Assembly (NCBI RefSeq): GCF_964355755.1
Contig: NC_092672.1
Coordinates: forward strand, 25,674,437-25,738,436
DNA length: 64,000 bases
Reading direction: 5' to 3'
From: Antedon mediterranea
Lineage: Eukaryota; Animalia; Echinodermata
Shown here in pieces: positions 49,322 through 61,399 of this stretch (positions are counted from its first letter, which is position 1; every line of letters begins with the position of its first letter). A program made the translations under genes and the position numbers. The notes beneath the pieces were generated by a model. It worked only from the letters and a program-made list of their open reading frames with translations. It was not told the DNA's origin and ran no database searches.

Positions 49322-51619
49322 CCCTACCTGATCTTCTGATAAATCGGTGATCGAATTGTCATTAGGTTTTACGCATATGGTGTGGTAATGTGTGTGCGGC
49401 CGGAGAGGTTTCCCCTGGATGGGTGAAAACTTCCCCAGCTACACAGAAATCGATTTGTTTTATTTCACAGCTGGCATTCTCCACCCAAGAGGGTGAGAGG
49501 AAAGTCGGTCACTGGTAGTGCTTCATCTTTGGTCAGCTGGTTTTCTCCTCCCCTGAATGGTAGGGGAAGGTCACTGGTGCTGCTGTTTGTTTTATTTAAC
49601 AGCTGATAATATCTTATCTTGTGGACGGCGGAGGAAAATCCGCTGCTTGTTGGTCCTTTTTTCCTGGTCAGCTGGCATCCTTCTTCCCAAGAAGGAAAGA
49701 AGAAAACCGCTGCTGGTGCTTGGCCATTGATGGGCCTGGTCTTCTAAGGTAAAGCAGTGGATCACCCAGTGGAGGCAGCACAGAGACGCAGGCCCGTTCA
49801 GAAAAAGTCTGGGTGCGATTAAGCATCCTGACTACCCGAACCGAAGCATTGCCAGCGTCCCCATGAACCTCTCTGGTCGTGGTCACCTACTACCCTACAG
49901 AAATTAGTTGTATACTCGTCCTTCACGGTCAAGCTGAGTCCACGAATTATCGCCGACCTCTCGCCCTAATGTTGAGATATAGTTGTTTCTCCTAATTTTT
50001 ACTGGCCTGGCCAGCACCCAAGTCATCCCCGTGCTCCCAACCACAAGCGATAGTAACGGCATCCACATTATATTTCTGCCAGTTGACTATTCCTGCAATT
50101 GACTGCTCGGGACATGATCTAGGTGCCCACCTATAGAAGTAAGAGCTCTACTTTCCTCTATTTTTTTTTTTTTGTTTGTTTTTTTTTTTGACATTGGTGC
50201 TCAGAATGTACAGGACAATATAATATAGTACTGCACATGTTACGAGCACAAAAATACAAAAAAGTAAACTGAATACGGTACAAACACAATGATAACAAAA
50301 GTACAGTGTACAATTAAAACAGGGTTGACATGTTACACAGTGCGACAGTTAAGAATCGAAATTCATACAAGACATGTTGAAAAATAATCATGATAAGAAA
50401 AAGATCATACAAGAACATGCGAAAATAAATGCGACAAGACACGGAAAATATTTTATTTCGAAAGAAAAAGGCATACAAGACATATAAAATAATTCTAGGT
50501 AAAACCTAAGATAATCAATAAATAAATAAATATGCCTAAAGTATCAAAAAATAATATTCTAACCAAAAATCAAATAAATATAATAATAAAATAAATATAG
50601 GTACCGGCCTAGCCTGTACCCTAAAAAATATTTCAATTCAAAAAATCTATTCTAATACAAGACATTCTAAAAATAATAACAACAGGAATAATTAAGCCTA
50701 TGCATAATTACCCCACAAAATAAAAATAAATCATGAAAATAATAGGTAGGAAATTCCACTAGAATAACCACCTAATAAATAAAACATTGTCTAACTAAAA
50801 CAATAAAAATTTACTAAAAAAAATTTTTACGTCGAAAATAGTTCATAAAAATAAAATAAATTCAATTGGAAAAATAAATTAATTCCAAGCAATCAATATA
50901 CACGAATGAATAAATAAATAAATAATAATCCTAATGTCATTCCCACCCAAGTGGGAGAGACAAAATAACTATAATCTAACTACCCCGCGATAGCACAGGC
51001 CAGAAAATTCCAGCCCGTCTATCGTCAGGCCATAAATCAATCCAGACAATACACAGACCACCGGGAGACGAGCTCTCCGTTCTGCATAAAACTAAAATCT
51101 AAAAATAGCAAGGAGTATCCCTATATTATTCTACCAATCAGAATACAGTACTCACCTAGCGTCATCATCGAAAGTCGTAAACAAAAGTTGACCTCGTTGA
51201 TGCAAGCAGCTATCCCCGCTAGCGAGCTATATATCCAATACCAAATTGGCGAGTAAATCATGTTTTACTTTAAATTAAATGTATACGCTCTTCCACAAGG
51301 TAAATTGTTAGTTATACATACAGACTATATTAAAACAATGATTTTGAACACGTAGGGCATTTCATTGAATTCTTTCCTATTGTCGTTTTGTGGTAATTTA
51401 CAGCTTTTTATATGTTTAACAAACGTACATAATCAATTGCGTCTGCATCATGCTAGACTACAACTTCCGGTAGTGACGTAATCAGCATATTTTTGGTAAT
51501 AAAACTTTTTCACTAAGCTAGGGAATCTTCTGATATCAATATTCATTAGACCGTACTTTAGTTAGCCAATCAAAATAAACGTATAAACAATTTTGCGGCG
51601 ATGTTGTTGAAGTAAAATA

Positions 51620-52530
51620 TACTGTGTTTTACAATAACCAATTTGGTTAGAGTAAAACACAATGATAAAGAATAGGAAACATTTAATAATATGATAAATG
51701 TCATTACATAGCAATTTATCACTGTGTTTTACTATAACCAATTTGGTTAGAGTAAAACACAATGATATAGAATAGGCAACATTTAATAATATGATAAATG
51801 ACATTTACATAGCAATTTAGCACTGTGTTTTACTATAAACAATTTGGTTAAAGTAAAGCAGAATGATAAAGAATAGGAATTCAATAATATGATATATGAC
51901 ATTTACATAGCAATTTAGCACTGTGTTTTACTATAACCAATTTGGTTAGAGTAAAACACAATGATAAAGAATAGGAAACATTTAATAATATGATATATGA
52001 CATTCACATAGCAATTTAGCACTGTGTTTTACTATAACCAATTTGGTTAGAGTAAAACACAATGATATAGAATAGGAAACATTTAATAATTTGATAAATG
52101 ACATTTACATAGCAATTTAGCACTGTGTTTTACTATAACCAATTTGGTTAAAGTAAAACACAATGATAAAGAATAGGAAACATTTAATAACATAATAAAT
52201 GACATTCACATAGAAATTTAGCACTGTGTTTTACTATAACCAATTTGATTAGAGTAAAGCACAATGATAAAGAATATGAAACATTTAATAATATGATAAA
52301 TGACATTTACATAGTAATTTATCACTGTGTTTTACTATAACCAATTTGGTTAGAGTAAAACATTTTAACTATGATAAATGATATTTAGCATTGTGCTGGA
52401 TACAGTAAAACACAAATTAAGAATAGGAAACATATAATAATATGATACATTTACATACAAATTTAGTATTGTGTTTTACTATAGCCAATTTGGTTACAGT
52501 AAAACACAATGATAATGAAACATTTATTAT
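51620..52530 (-). repeat. 101-bp palindromic satellite array, ~9 units (orientation opposite to the array at 56370-57895)
   Basis: Repeating CACTGTGTTTTACTATAACCAATTTGGTTAGAGTAAAACACAATGATAAAGAATAGGAAACATTTAATAATATG... Confidence 0.92.
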
Positions 52531-52594
52531 ATGATATTATTTACATAGCAAAATATTATATTAAACATATCTTATTATCTAAACGTTATGAAAA

Positions 52595-54450
52595 GAATAG
52601 GATACATATAATGTAATAATATAATAAATACAAGTTACATAGTTTATCATCTTGTTTTACAGTAAAAGCAATTTGGTAACACAGTTAAACACAGTGATAA
52701 AGAATAGATACTGTTTTAGGTTATATAACCCTAACCCTAGTTTGAAGCGACATAATAAATTCATCGCGAAAAAGTACGTATCGTATTTAGAAACTTTTGA
52801 AATTTGTTAGATATGTTTAATAGGTTCTTACGTCTATAAAACAAACAAAAAATATAAATTTCACAAAAAATTCGTGATTTTAATAATTTGCATTTCTAAA
52901 AATGTACACTTATGAAATACTATACATTTTCCAACACATTTTTACTTCATTGATGATTCCCAGAAATCAAAATAAAACAAATTATGATATTTCTTTTACA
53001 TTATAGATGTAAGAACCTATATTGAACATGTACCAAATTTCAAACGTTTTTTAAGACGATACGTATTTTTATCGATGAATTAAGTATGTGATCGCTTCAA
53101 ACTAGGGTTAGGGTTAAATAACCTAACAGTTCATTCTTTAACACTGTGTTTAACTTTTAATCAAATTGGTTTTAGTACAACACAATGATAAACTATGTAC
53201 ATTTTATTTTTCATATTACATTATAGGATACATATAATGTAATAATAATAAATACAAGTTACATAGTTTATCATCTTGTTTTACAGAACCAATTTGGTTA
53301 CACAGTTAAACACAATGATAAAGAATAGACACTGTTTTAGGTTATATAACTCTAACCCTAGTATAGTTTGAAGCGATCACATACTTAATTCATCGCGAAA
53401 AAATACGTATCGTATTCAGAAATATTTGAAATTTGGTAAATATGTTCAATAGGTTCTTACGTCTATAAAACAAACAAAAAATCAAAGTTTCAAGACAAAT
53501 TCGTGATTTTAATAATTTGCATTTCTAAACATTTACACTTATGAAAGACAATACATTTCCAACACATTTTTACTTCATTGATGATTCTCAGAAATCAAAA
53601 TAAAACTATTAGGATATTTCTTTTGCATTATAGATGTAAGAACCTATATTGAACATATCTACCAAATATCAAACGTTTTTCAAGACGATACGTATTTTTA
53701 GCGATGAATATTAAATATGTGATCGCTTCAAACTAGGGTTAGGGTTAAATAAACTAAAACAGTTCTATTCTTTATCACTCACTGTGTTTAACTTTTAACC
53801 AAAATGGTTATAGTAAAACACAATGATAAACTTATATGTCAATTTTATTTTTCATAACATAAAATGTTTGATATTCTTTATAATATTTAATATTATATTT
53901 TAGGCCTACTATTAATGACGTATAAATGCACACTACATCTGAAATAACTTTCTACTTCATTGGCGATTTTTACCAAAAAAAAGAACTAATTTTGTTATGT
54001 ATATAGAGCAACCTATTATAACATGTCTTGTATGATTTTTATCTCGTTTCAATGACATTTTATACTACAATTCAAATGAAAAAGCATCACAAAAAAATAC
54101 GTCTGGTATTCAAAAAGTTTCTAAACTCGGTACACAGAAAAAAGGAAATGTTGAAAATGTATGGTCTTTCATAAGTGTGAATTTTTTGAAATGCAAATAA
54201 TGGAAATCATCGATTTGTCTTGAAATTTATAATTTGTTTTGTCTTATTGAACATATCTATACAAAATGTCGAACGTTTCTGAATACGATACGTTTTTTAT
54301 CTCGATGAATTTATAATGTCGCTTCAAACTAGAGGGTAGGGTAGTAACCTAACAAGTATCTATTCTTTATCACTATGTTTAACTGTGTAACCATATTGGT
54401 TCTAATAAAAAACAATGATAAACTATGTAAATTGTATGTTTCATATATTA
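52595..54450. repeat. ~630-bp tandem units, each an inverted-repeat module with TAACCCTAACCCT/AGGGTTAGGGTTA motifs
   Basis: Unit 52595-53225 is repeated at 53226-53860, with an inverted partial copy at 54150-54450. The arms include satellite-monomer-like sequence. Confidence 0.75.
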
Positions 54451-55058
54451 CATTTTTGCCAAAAAAAATTATTGGGAATGTTAAATTTCTTTTTCATGAC
54501 ATATATCTACAAATTTCAGAAGCTTTTGAGTACGAGTATTTTACGCGATGTTTTTTTATCCTCATTTTAATATTTTGGTAATGTAATTCACATAAAGTTT
54601 TGTATCCAAAAATTGTTTATTCTTGGGTAGAAATGAGGAAATAAATAGTATTCCTGTATAATATAATAATCAATAATAAAGTATAAAAAAAGTGTTGTGT
54701 AAACGAACGTTTTTTACGCTTCGAATTTTCTGTTACATTATGTTTGAATTGAAGCTACAGATATTGAATCATGGACCTATAAATTAGTAATTTATAGGTC
54801 CATGATTGAACATATCGTCACTCACCACACATTTTTTGTTTTGTATTTTGAAAGTATTTATTCTAAAGAAAAATTGATGCAAACATCAACTGCGTAACTT
54901 ATTTCATTAATTAATTATATTAATTATAATTTGGCGATTATTCGTCACACGAAGAGTCGAATATCGATTCGTCTCGTCATGGGCCGGAAGAAAACGTGCA
55001 TTGCGCACACTGTTTACGCGCCTCAACAATAAACGGCGAATATGCGATTCGTCACTTA

Positions 55059-55987
55059 TGGAACGCCGTTTTACACAAGTTTTTGGCGATGATAAAAATT
55101 GCGTCGATGATGAAATTGCGTCGATGAAAATTGCATCGACGCAATGTAGATTGCGTCGATGCAATGTAGATTGCGTCGACGCAATTTACATTGCGTCGAT
55201 GAAAATTGCATCGATTAAAATTGCGTCGATGAAAATTGCGTCGATGAAAACTGCATCGATGAAAATTGCGTCGATGAAAACTGCATCGATGAAAATTGAT
55301 GTGATGAATTTAATTGATTATGAAAATTCCAAATGGTTTTAATTCAATCAATGATGAAATGACTACTAGTAAAGTAAATGATGATGTTAATAATGATGTT
55401 AATAATGTTATTATGTTGCTAAAAATTGACGGTTTCTGAATATTTTGATATGATAAACATGTTTACCGCTTGCGCTAGCGCGCGTTATAGACAAGCGCAC
55501 AGTGATCGCGCACTAAAACAAGGTTGAAATATATGCACTGATTAACATTTTAGTGATTTATTGTCAACACATTTTAGCAATGGATCCATTATAGTCCTTT
55601 CGGACACATTATATCTTCTAGCTAATTGCTTCCGTTAATCCACCAGTTCAGTACATAAAATCCAGAGGTCCAGCATCCATGACATCATATTCAAATCATA
55701 CCGGCAGGGAGATCGCAATTTTCATCGATGAAAACTGCATCGATGAAAATTATTTTTTTTTTTCATCGATGCAGTTTTCATCGATGCAGTTTTCATCGAC
55801 GCAATTTTCATCGACGCAATTTTCATCACATTAACGCAATTTTCATTACATCGACGCAATTTCATCGACGCAATGTTCATCACATCATTATATCAATACT
55901 ATATTCATCGACGCAATTTTCATCACATCGACGCAATTTTCATTGCATCATCGACGCGATTTTATCATCGCCTAAACTGGCATTCCA
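55059..55987. mobile_element. Foldback-type MITE with TIRs built of 15-bp subrepeats (TGCGTCGATGAAAAT)
   Basis: Left arm 55059-55310 is inverted relative to right arm 55715-55987. Confidence 0.8.
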
Positions 55988-56369
55988 CACTAATTGCGTG
56001 TGATCTGATTGGTGTATTATAAATAAATTCATCGCGATGAATTTTTCAGTAGATGTAATGAGACAGTTCAGTAGATGTAATGACAGTTAATTTAATTGTT
56101 CTGCTCTTTTTGTACAAATCTATACTACTTTATATTATGGATTTTGTAGTACTGTTAAAATTATTAAATCTCTGGAAGTGTGTTTTACGAGTATGTCCGC
56201 AAATTTATGCGTTTACGGTTTTAAAATGTGAGTTTTAAATAGCGAACATGATCTTGTGAGGTGCACTACGCACGCAGTATTCCAAAATGTCTTACTAATT
56301 GGGAGAAAATCATATTGTATCATATCATATTATATCCATTCTTTAAATTCATATTCTTTATCCAAAACT

Positions 56370-57895
56370 AAATTGGTATAGTAAAACACAGTGCTAGCAA
56401 TTTATCATATTATTAAATGTTTCATATTCTTTATCATTGTGTTTTACTCTAATCAAATTGGTATAGTAAAACACAGTGCTAAATTGCTATGTGAATGTCA
56501 TTTATCATATTTTTAAATGTTTCCTATTCTTTATCATTGTGCTTTACCATAACCAAATTGGTTATAGTAAAACACAGTGCTAAATTGCTATGTAAATGTT
56601 ATATATCATATTATTAAATTCCTATTCTTTATCATTGTGTTTTACTCTAACCAAATTGGTTATAGTAAAACACAGTGATAAATTGCTATGTAAATGTAAT
56701 TTATCATATTATTAAATGTTTCCTATTCTTTATCATTGTGTTTTACTCTAACCAAATTGGTTATAGTAAAACACAGTGATAAATTGCTATGTAACTGTAA
56801 TTTATCATGTTATTAAATGTTTCCTATTCTTTATCGTTGAGTTTTACTCTAATCAAATTGGTTATAGTAAAACACAGTGCTAAATTGCTATGTAAATGTT
56901 ATATATCATATTATTAAATGTTTCCTATTCTTTATCATTGTGTTTTACTCTAATCTGATTGGTTATAGTAAAACACAGTGCTAAATTGCTATGTGAATGT
57001 CATTTATCATGTTATTAAATGTTTCCTATTCTTTATCATTGTGCTTTACTCTAACCAAATTGGTTATAGTAAAACACAGTGCTAAATTGCTATGTAAATG
57101 TCATTTATCATGTTATTAAATGTTTCTTATTCTTTATCATTGTGTTTTACTCTAACCAAATTGGTTAGAGTAAAACACAGTGATAAATTGCTATGTAAAT
57201 GTAATTTATCATATTATTAAATGTTTCCTATTCTTTATCATTGTGTTTTACTCTAACCAAATTGGTTATAGTAAAACACAGTGATAAATTGCTATGTAAA
57301 TGTAATTTATCATGTTATTAAATGTTTCCTATTCTTTATCGTTGTGTTTTACTCTAATCAAATTGGTTATAGTAAAACACAGTGCTAAATTGCTATGTAA
57401 ATGTTATATATCATATTATTAAATGTTTCCTATTCTTTATCATTGTGTTTTACTCTAATCTGATTGGTTATAGTAAAACACAGTGCTAAATTGCTATGTG
57501 AATGTCATTTATCATGTTATTAAATGTTTCCTATTCTTTATCATTGTGCTTTACTCTAACCAAATTGGTTATAGTAAAACACAGTGCTAAATTGCTAAAT
57601 GTCATTTATCATGTTATTAAATGTTTCTTATTCTTTATCATTGTGTTTTACTCTAACCAAATTGGTTATAGTAAAACACAGTGCTAAATTGCTATGTAAA
57701 TGTAATTTATCATATTATTAAATGTTTCCTATTCTTTATCATTGTGTTTTACTCTAACCAAATTGGTTATAATTTATTTAATTTCATTTCAAAAGACATT
57801 TACCTAAATTGCTATTTAAATGTCATTTATCAAATTATTAAATGTTTCCTATTATTTATCTGGTTATATAGTAAAACACTGTGCTAAATTGCTAT
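56370..57895 (+). repeat. 101-bp palindromic satellite array, ~14 units, with a 505-bp higher-order duplication
   Basis: AACACAGTG recurs at 56669, 56770, 56871 and 56972 (period 101). Diagnostic variants recur 505 bp apart. Confidence 0.93.
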
Positions 57896-59044
57896 TGTAT
57901 TAAGGACGAGTTCCGAGAAGATGTATTCAAAGCTACAACCAATCAGAACAGTGTTAATCAATATAGTCCATGGCTACAGCCAATCAGAAACGTCCAAATC
58001 GCAATAACCCCTAGGCTAATAGAAATTATTGGTCCGAGTAGCCTTTTCAACCAGACGTTGCGAGGTTTAAAAAGTAAAACATGATTTACTCGCCAGTTTG
58101 GTATAGTTTATATACCTGCGCTAGCGAGGAGAGAGAGGTAGGTGGGCGCAACAGAACTACGTCACATACACATGTGTGTTATCGTCGTTCGTCACGCATG
58201 GTGTAAAAACGGTGATCGCAACACTTGACACACGCCGCAAAAAGATCGATCCCGTCAACAATCAAAACAAAAACCAAAGATAGTGTAGGCCTAGCCCATT
58301 CTATCTTTGCAAAAACCAGCAACAAACTAGGCCAAGGAACTTATAACACATTCTTTGATTAGGCCTAGCCCTGATTGAGGCTAGCCAGGCAGAAATAGAA
58401 ATTTCTGGGGAAAGTGACAACCTACACAAAAAGAATTTAAAACAGGGCCGACTACTAACTAACTTAACTAACTGTAGACTCTAGGCCTAGCCTACTAGTA
58501 GGCCTAGTAGGCTAGCTAGGCCGCTCCTCGCCTAATTTATAGTCTACGGAATGTGTATTGAAAGAAGATGAAATTTCCTCACCATCATCAGCTTTTGGAT
58601 CGAGGCCGATCCCGTACTTTTTTTAGTACAAAATATCAAGAAGAAGGAAGGGTTAGGAGGAGTTCATCGTTACTAGTAGGCCTACTGCAGATTCGCTCCC
58701 GCAGAACACGCGTATTCCTACCACCAGGGCCAGGCCATCCTACTACTAGTAGGCCTAGAAAACTAGGCTTTGGCCTAGTAGTTGGCCTAGCTAGTAGGCT
58801 AGTCTCCACTAGCCTACTAGCCACGGCTAGCCTAGAGGGTAAGTAGAGTGTTGATAAGTGTGTGATATATAAATCACATATTTATTCTAATATAATATGC
58901 CTAGCCTAGATTTCAAACATTGTTCATTTTTATGTTATGTAACAATTGTGTTCATTTTTATGTTTATGTAACAATTGTTTTTTGTATCTTATTCAAGTCA
59001 TATCGCGTAAAATTAGGGTGTCACAAAACCTAAGTCTTAGGCTA

Positions 59045-60368
59045 TATGGGCGGCCATTAGGGCCAAAATAGACAAACGTTGCCGTACGAACAATTCCGCT
59101 CCCGTAAGGCAAACTAATGGCGTTAAAGACATAATTCCTTGAGTGACAAACAAATATTGCCGTACGGACACACAAACACATTGCCATATGAACAAATTGC
59201 CGTATGGTTAAATTGGCGTAAGGACAAACATTGGCGCAAGGACAAAAAGTGCCGAAAGGACCAAATTGCCGAAAGGAAAAAAATTGACGTACGGTCTAAC
59301 TAAATATAACCGTTGAGGGCAGCATAGTAATTTAAAACCACGTGACTGAAACCACTCTGTTGTGTGTCCAGTCCTGATGGGGAATAACAACATAATCATG
59401 GAAGGCTTGTGTTAAGCTAGCCAACAATATAGGCCAGCCGACAATAAGCCAGCCCACTTTATTTTTTGAATTTTATACTGTATTTGTGAGAAAACGGCAG
59501 ATTTAAAATATGAGGGCTGAGTAAACGGGACCAGTGGTCATACTTTAACTTATACTGGACGACTAAGGAGGTACCCTAGTATAATCCCACCAAGTAACTC
59601 CCATGAGCAATCCGCCGTTTTCTCACAAATACAGTATTAAATTTCACTATAATATTAAAAATCATAATTGAGTTCCACTCAGATTTAAAAGATGAAGGCT
59701 GAGTATAACGGGAACACTATAGCGGTCCTACTCTAACTTATACTGGACGACTAAGGGTACCCTAGTATAATCCCACCAAGTGACTCCCAGGAGCAATCCG
59801 CCGTTTTCTCACAAATATTTAATTTCTAATACCATAAAAACCATAAGTAGCCTAACACTGAAAATGTAAAAAATACACAAACGGTGTTTCATAGTTATTG
59901 TTGGCTGGAAAAAATAAAAGTGGGCTGGCTTATTGTCGGCTGGCCTATATTGTTGGCTAGCTTAACAGAAGCCTTCCATGATTATGTTTTTATTCCCCAT
60001 CATGAGGACTGGACACACCGAGTGGTTTCAGTCACGTGGTTTTAAATTACTATGCTGCCCTCAACGTTTATATTTAGTTAGACTGTACGCCAATTTTTGT
60101 CCTTACGCCAATTTTTGTCCTTTCGGCAATTTTGTCCTTTCGGCAATTTTTGTCCTTGCGCCAATTTTTGTCCTTACGCCAATGTTTGTCCTTACGCCAA
60201 TTTAACCATACGGCAATTTGTTCATATGGCAATGTGTTTGTGTGTCCGTACGGCAATATTTGTTTGTCACTCGAGGAATTATGTCTTTAACGCCATTAGT
60301 TTGCCTTACGGGAGCGGAATTGTTCGTACGGCAACGTTTGTCTATTTTGGCCCTAATGGCCGCCCATA
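59045..60368. mobile_element. Young ~1.3 kb MITE with ~420-460-bp near-perfect TIRs
   Basis: TATGGGCGGCCATTAGGGCC... is inverted at ...GGCCCTAATGGCCGCCCATA. Flanking direct repeat AGGCTA (59039-44 and 60369-74). Arms carry 21-bp subrepeats; internal ~140-bp direct duplication. Confidence 0.88.
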
Positions 60369-60589
60369 AGGCTAAGACCTTCTAATCTAAGACCTGAGAT
60401 CACGAAACCTAAAGACTACAAATTCTAAGATATACTGTACGACAACTTAAAAACAATAATTGTTTATCTATACATAATTTTAAACATAGTACTTAGTAGG
60501 TTTCATTTATTAATGCTTTTTACCATAAATTTAATTAAAAACTTATACAAACAGAAATAAACTCACAATATTTTCACCCGTTGAGGAAA

Positions 60590-60790
60590 TGGATGCTAGT
60601 CAAGTCGCCCCATCGCAAAGTCGGCCCATACAAAGTCGCCCCTTACACAGTCTCCCCATCGCAAAGTCGCCCCAAAACAAAGTCGCCCCAAAACAAAGTC
60701 GCCCAATCGCAAAGTTGCCCCATCGCAAAGTCGCCCCAACGCAAAGTCGCCCCAACACAAAGTCGTCCAATCGCAAAGTCGCCCCAAAAC
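60590..60790 (+). repeat. Array of ~16-18-bp AAAGTCGCCCCA subrepeats, probably one TIR arm of a DNA transposon
   Basis: About 11 copies of CAAAGTCGCCC. No partner arm in the window. Confidence 0.65.
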
Positions 60791-61399
60791 GTTAAAATAG
60801 TTTACAAGTGCGTAAAATGTCGCAATGATACACAAAATAACACGGAACGTGTAGGCATAAAAGGGAAAGCCCCAGCCGCCATGTAGTCTCAGGTCACACG
60901 ATCGGACGCTCCCCCATCATCGGAGAGGAAGCCCCTGACAATCACTCCGCGGTCGGACTAATGTGCTGACCCACCAGAGGGAAACCCCCGTAATTACTCC
61001 GCCGTTGTCTCACTACAACGCACCATCTGAAGATGGGGGAACAGTCTCATTCGAAATCGGTCGTGTTTAATTTTGGTCGCGGTAAAATGATGTTACGATC
61101 TAGATTATTTTTACTTTGGTCGATGAAAATTTATTGTTATTATTAGGCCTATATTAATAATTGATTTTTTTTTTATTTTACAGGTCTATGATGAGAAAGT
61201 GTGCCTTAAAAAATGACAATTTGTAAACATAGTTTAAGATTATAGTATTATTCAGCATAATGTCATTTAACAGTACATAATTATTTAAATGTGAAATATT
61301 TTTATAGGGAACGTAGGCTACGTCAGTGTCTTTTATTTTATATGCAACAAATTACGTAAAACAATTTATTTATAAACTATCAGTTTACTGGGCCTAGGC

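Larger units (their letters stand above)
44216..51272 (-). mobile_element. Decayed Ty3/Gypsy LTR retrotransposon (RT-RNaseH-INT-PHD plus downstream accessory ORF; gag/protease largely lost; 3' LTR not found)
   Basis: Domain order RT-RH-INT and a GC-rich body against an AT-rich background. Putative 5' LTR end and leader at ~51272-50100. Boundaries are approximate. Confidence 0.9.

Noticed and set aside
52725-53750. Interstitial telomere or chromosome fusion site
   Set aside because: Only about two TTAGGG units per site, embedded in repeat arms.
51620-57895. Regularly spaced palindromic repeats resembling a CRISPR array
   Set aside because: The intervening sequences are also repeated (no unique spacers), there are no cas genes and the context is eukaryotic. 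It is a satellite.
55001-60886. Repetitive ORFs (ASMKI, HRRNF, KSPQ, CPYANF and satellite-derived ORFs)
   Set aside because: These are translations of TIR subrepeats and satellites, with no splice context or domain signal.
60882-61017. Solo LTR (TGTAGT...ACTACA)
   Set aside because: Only 136 bp, no matching TSD and no second copy in the window; may be chance.
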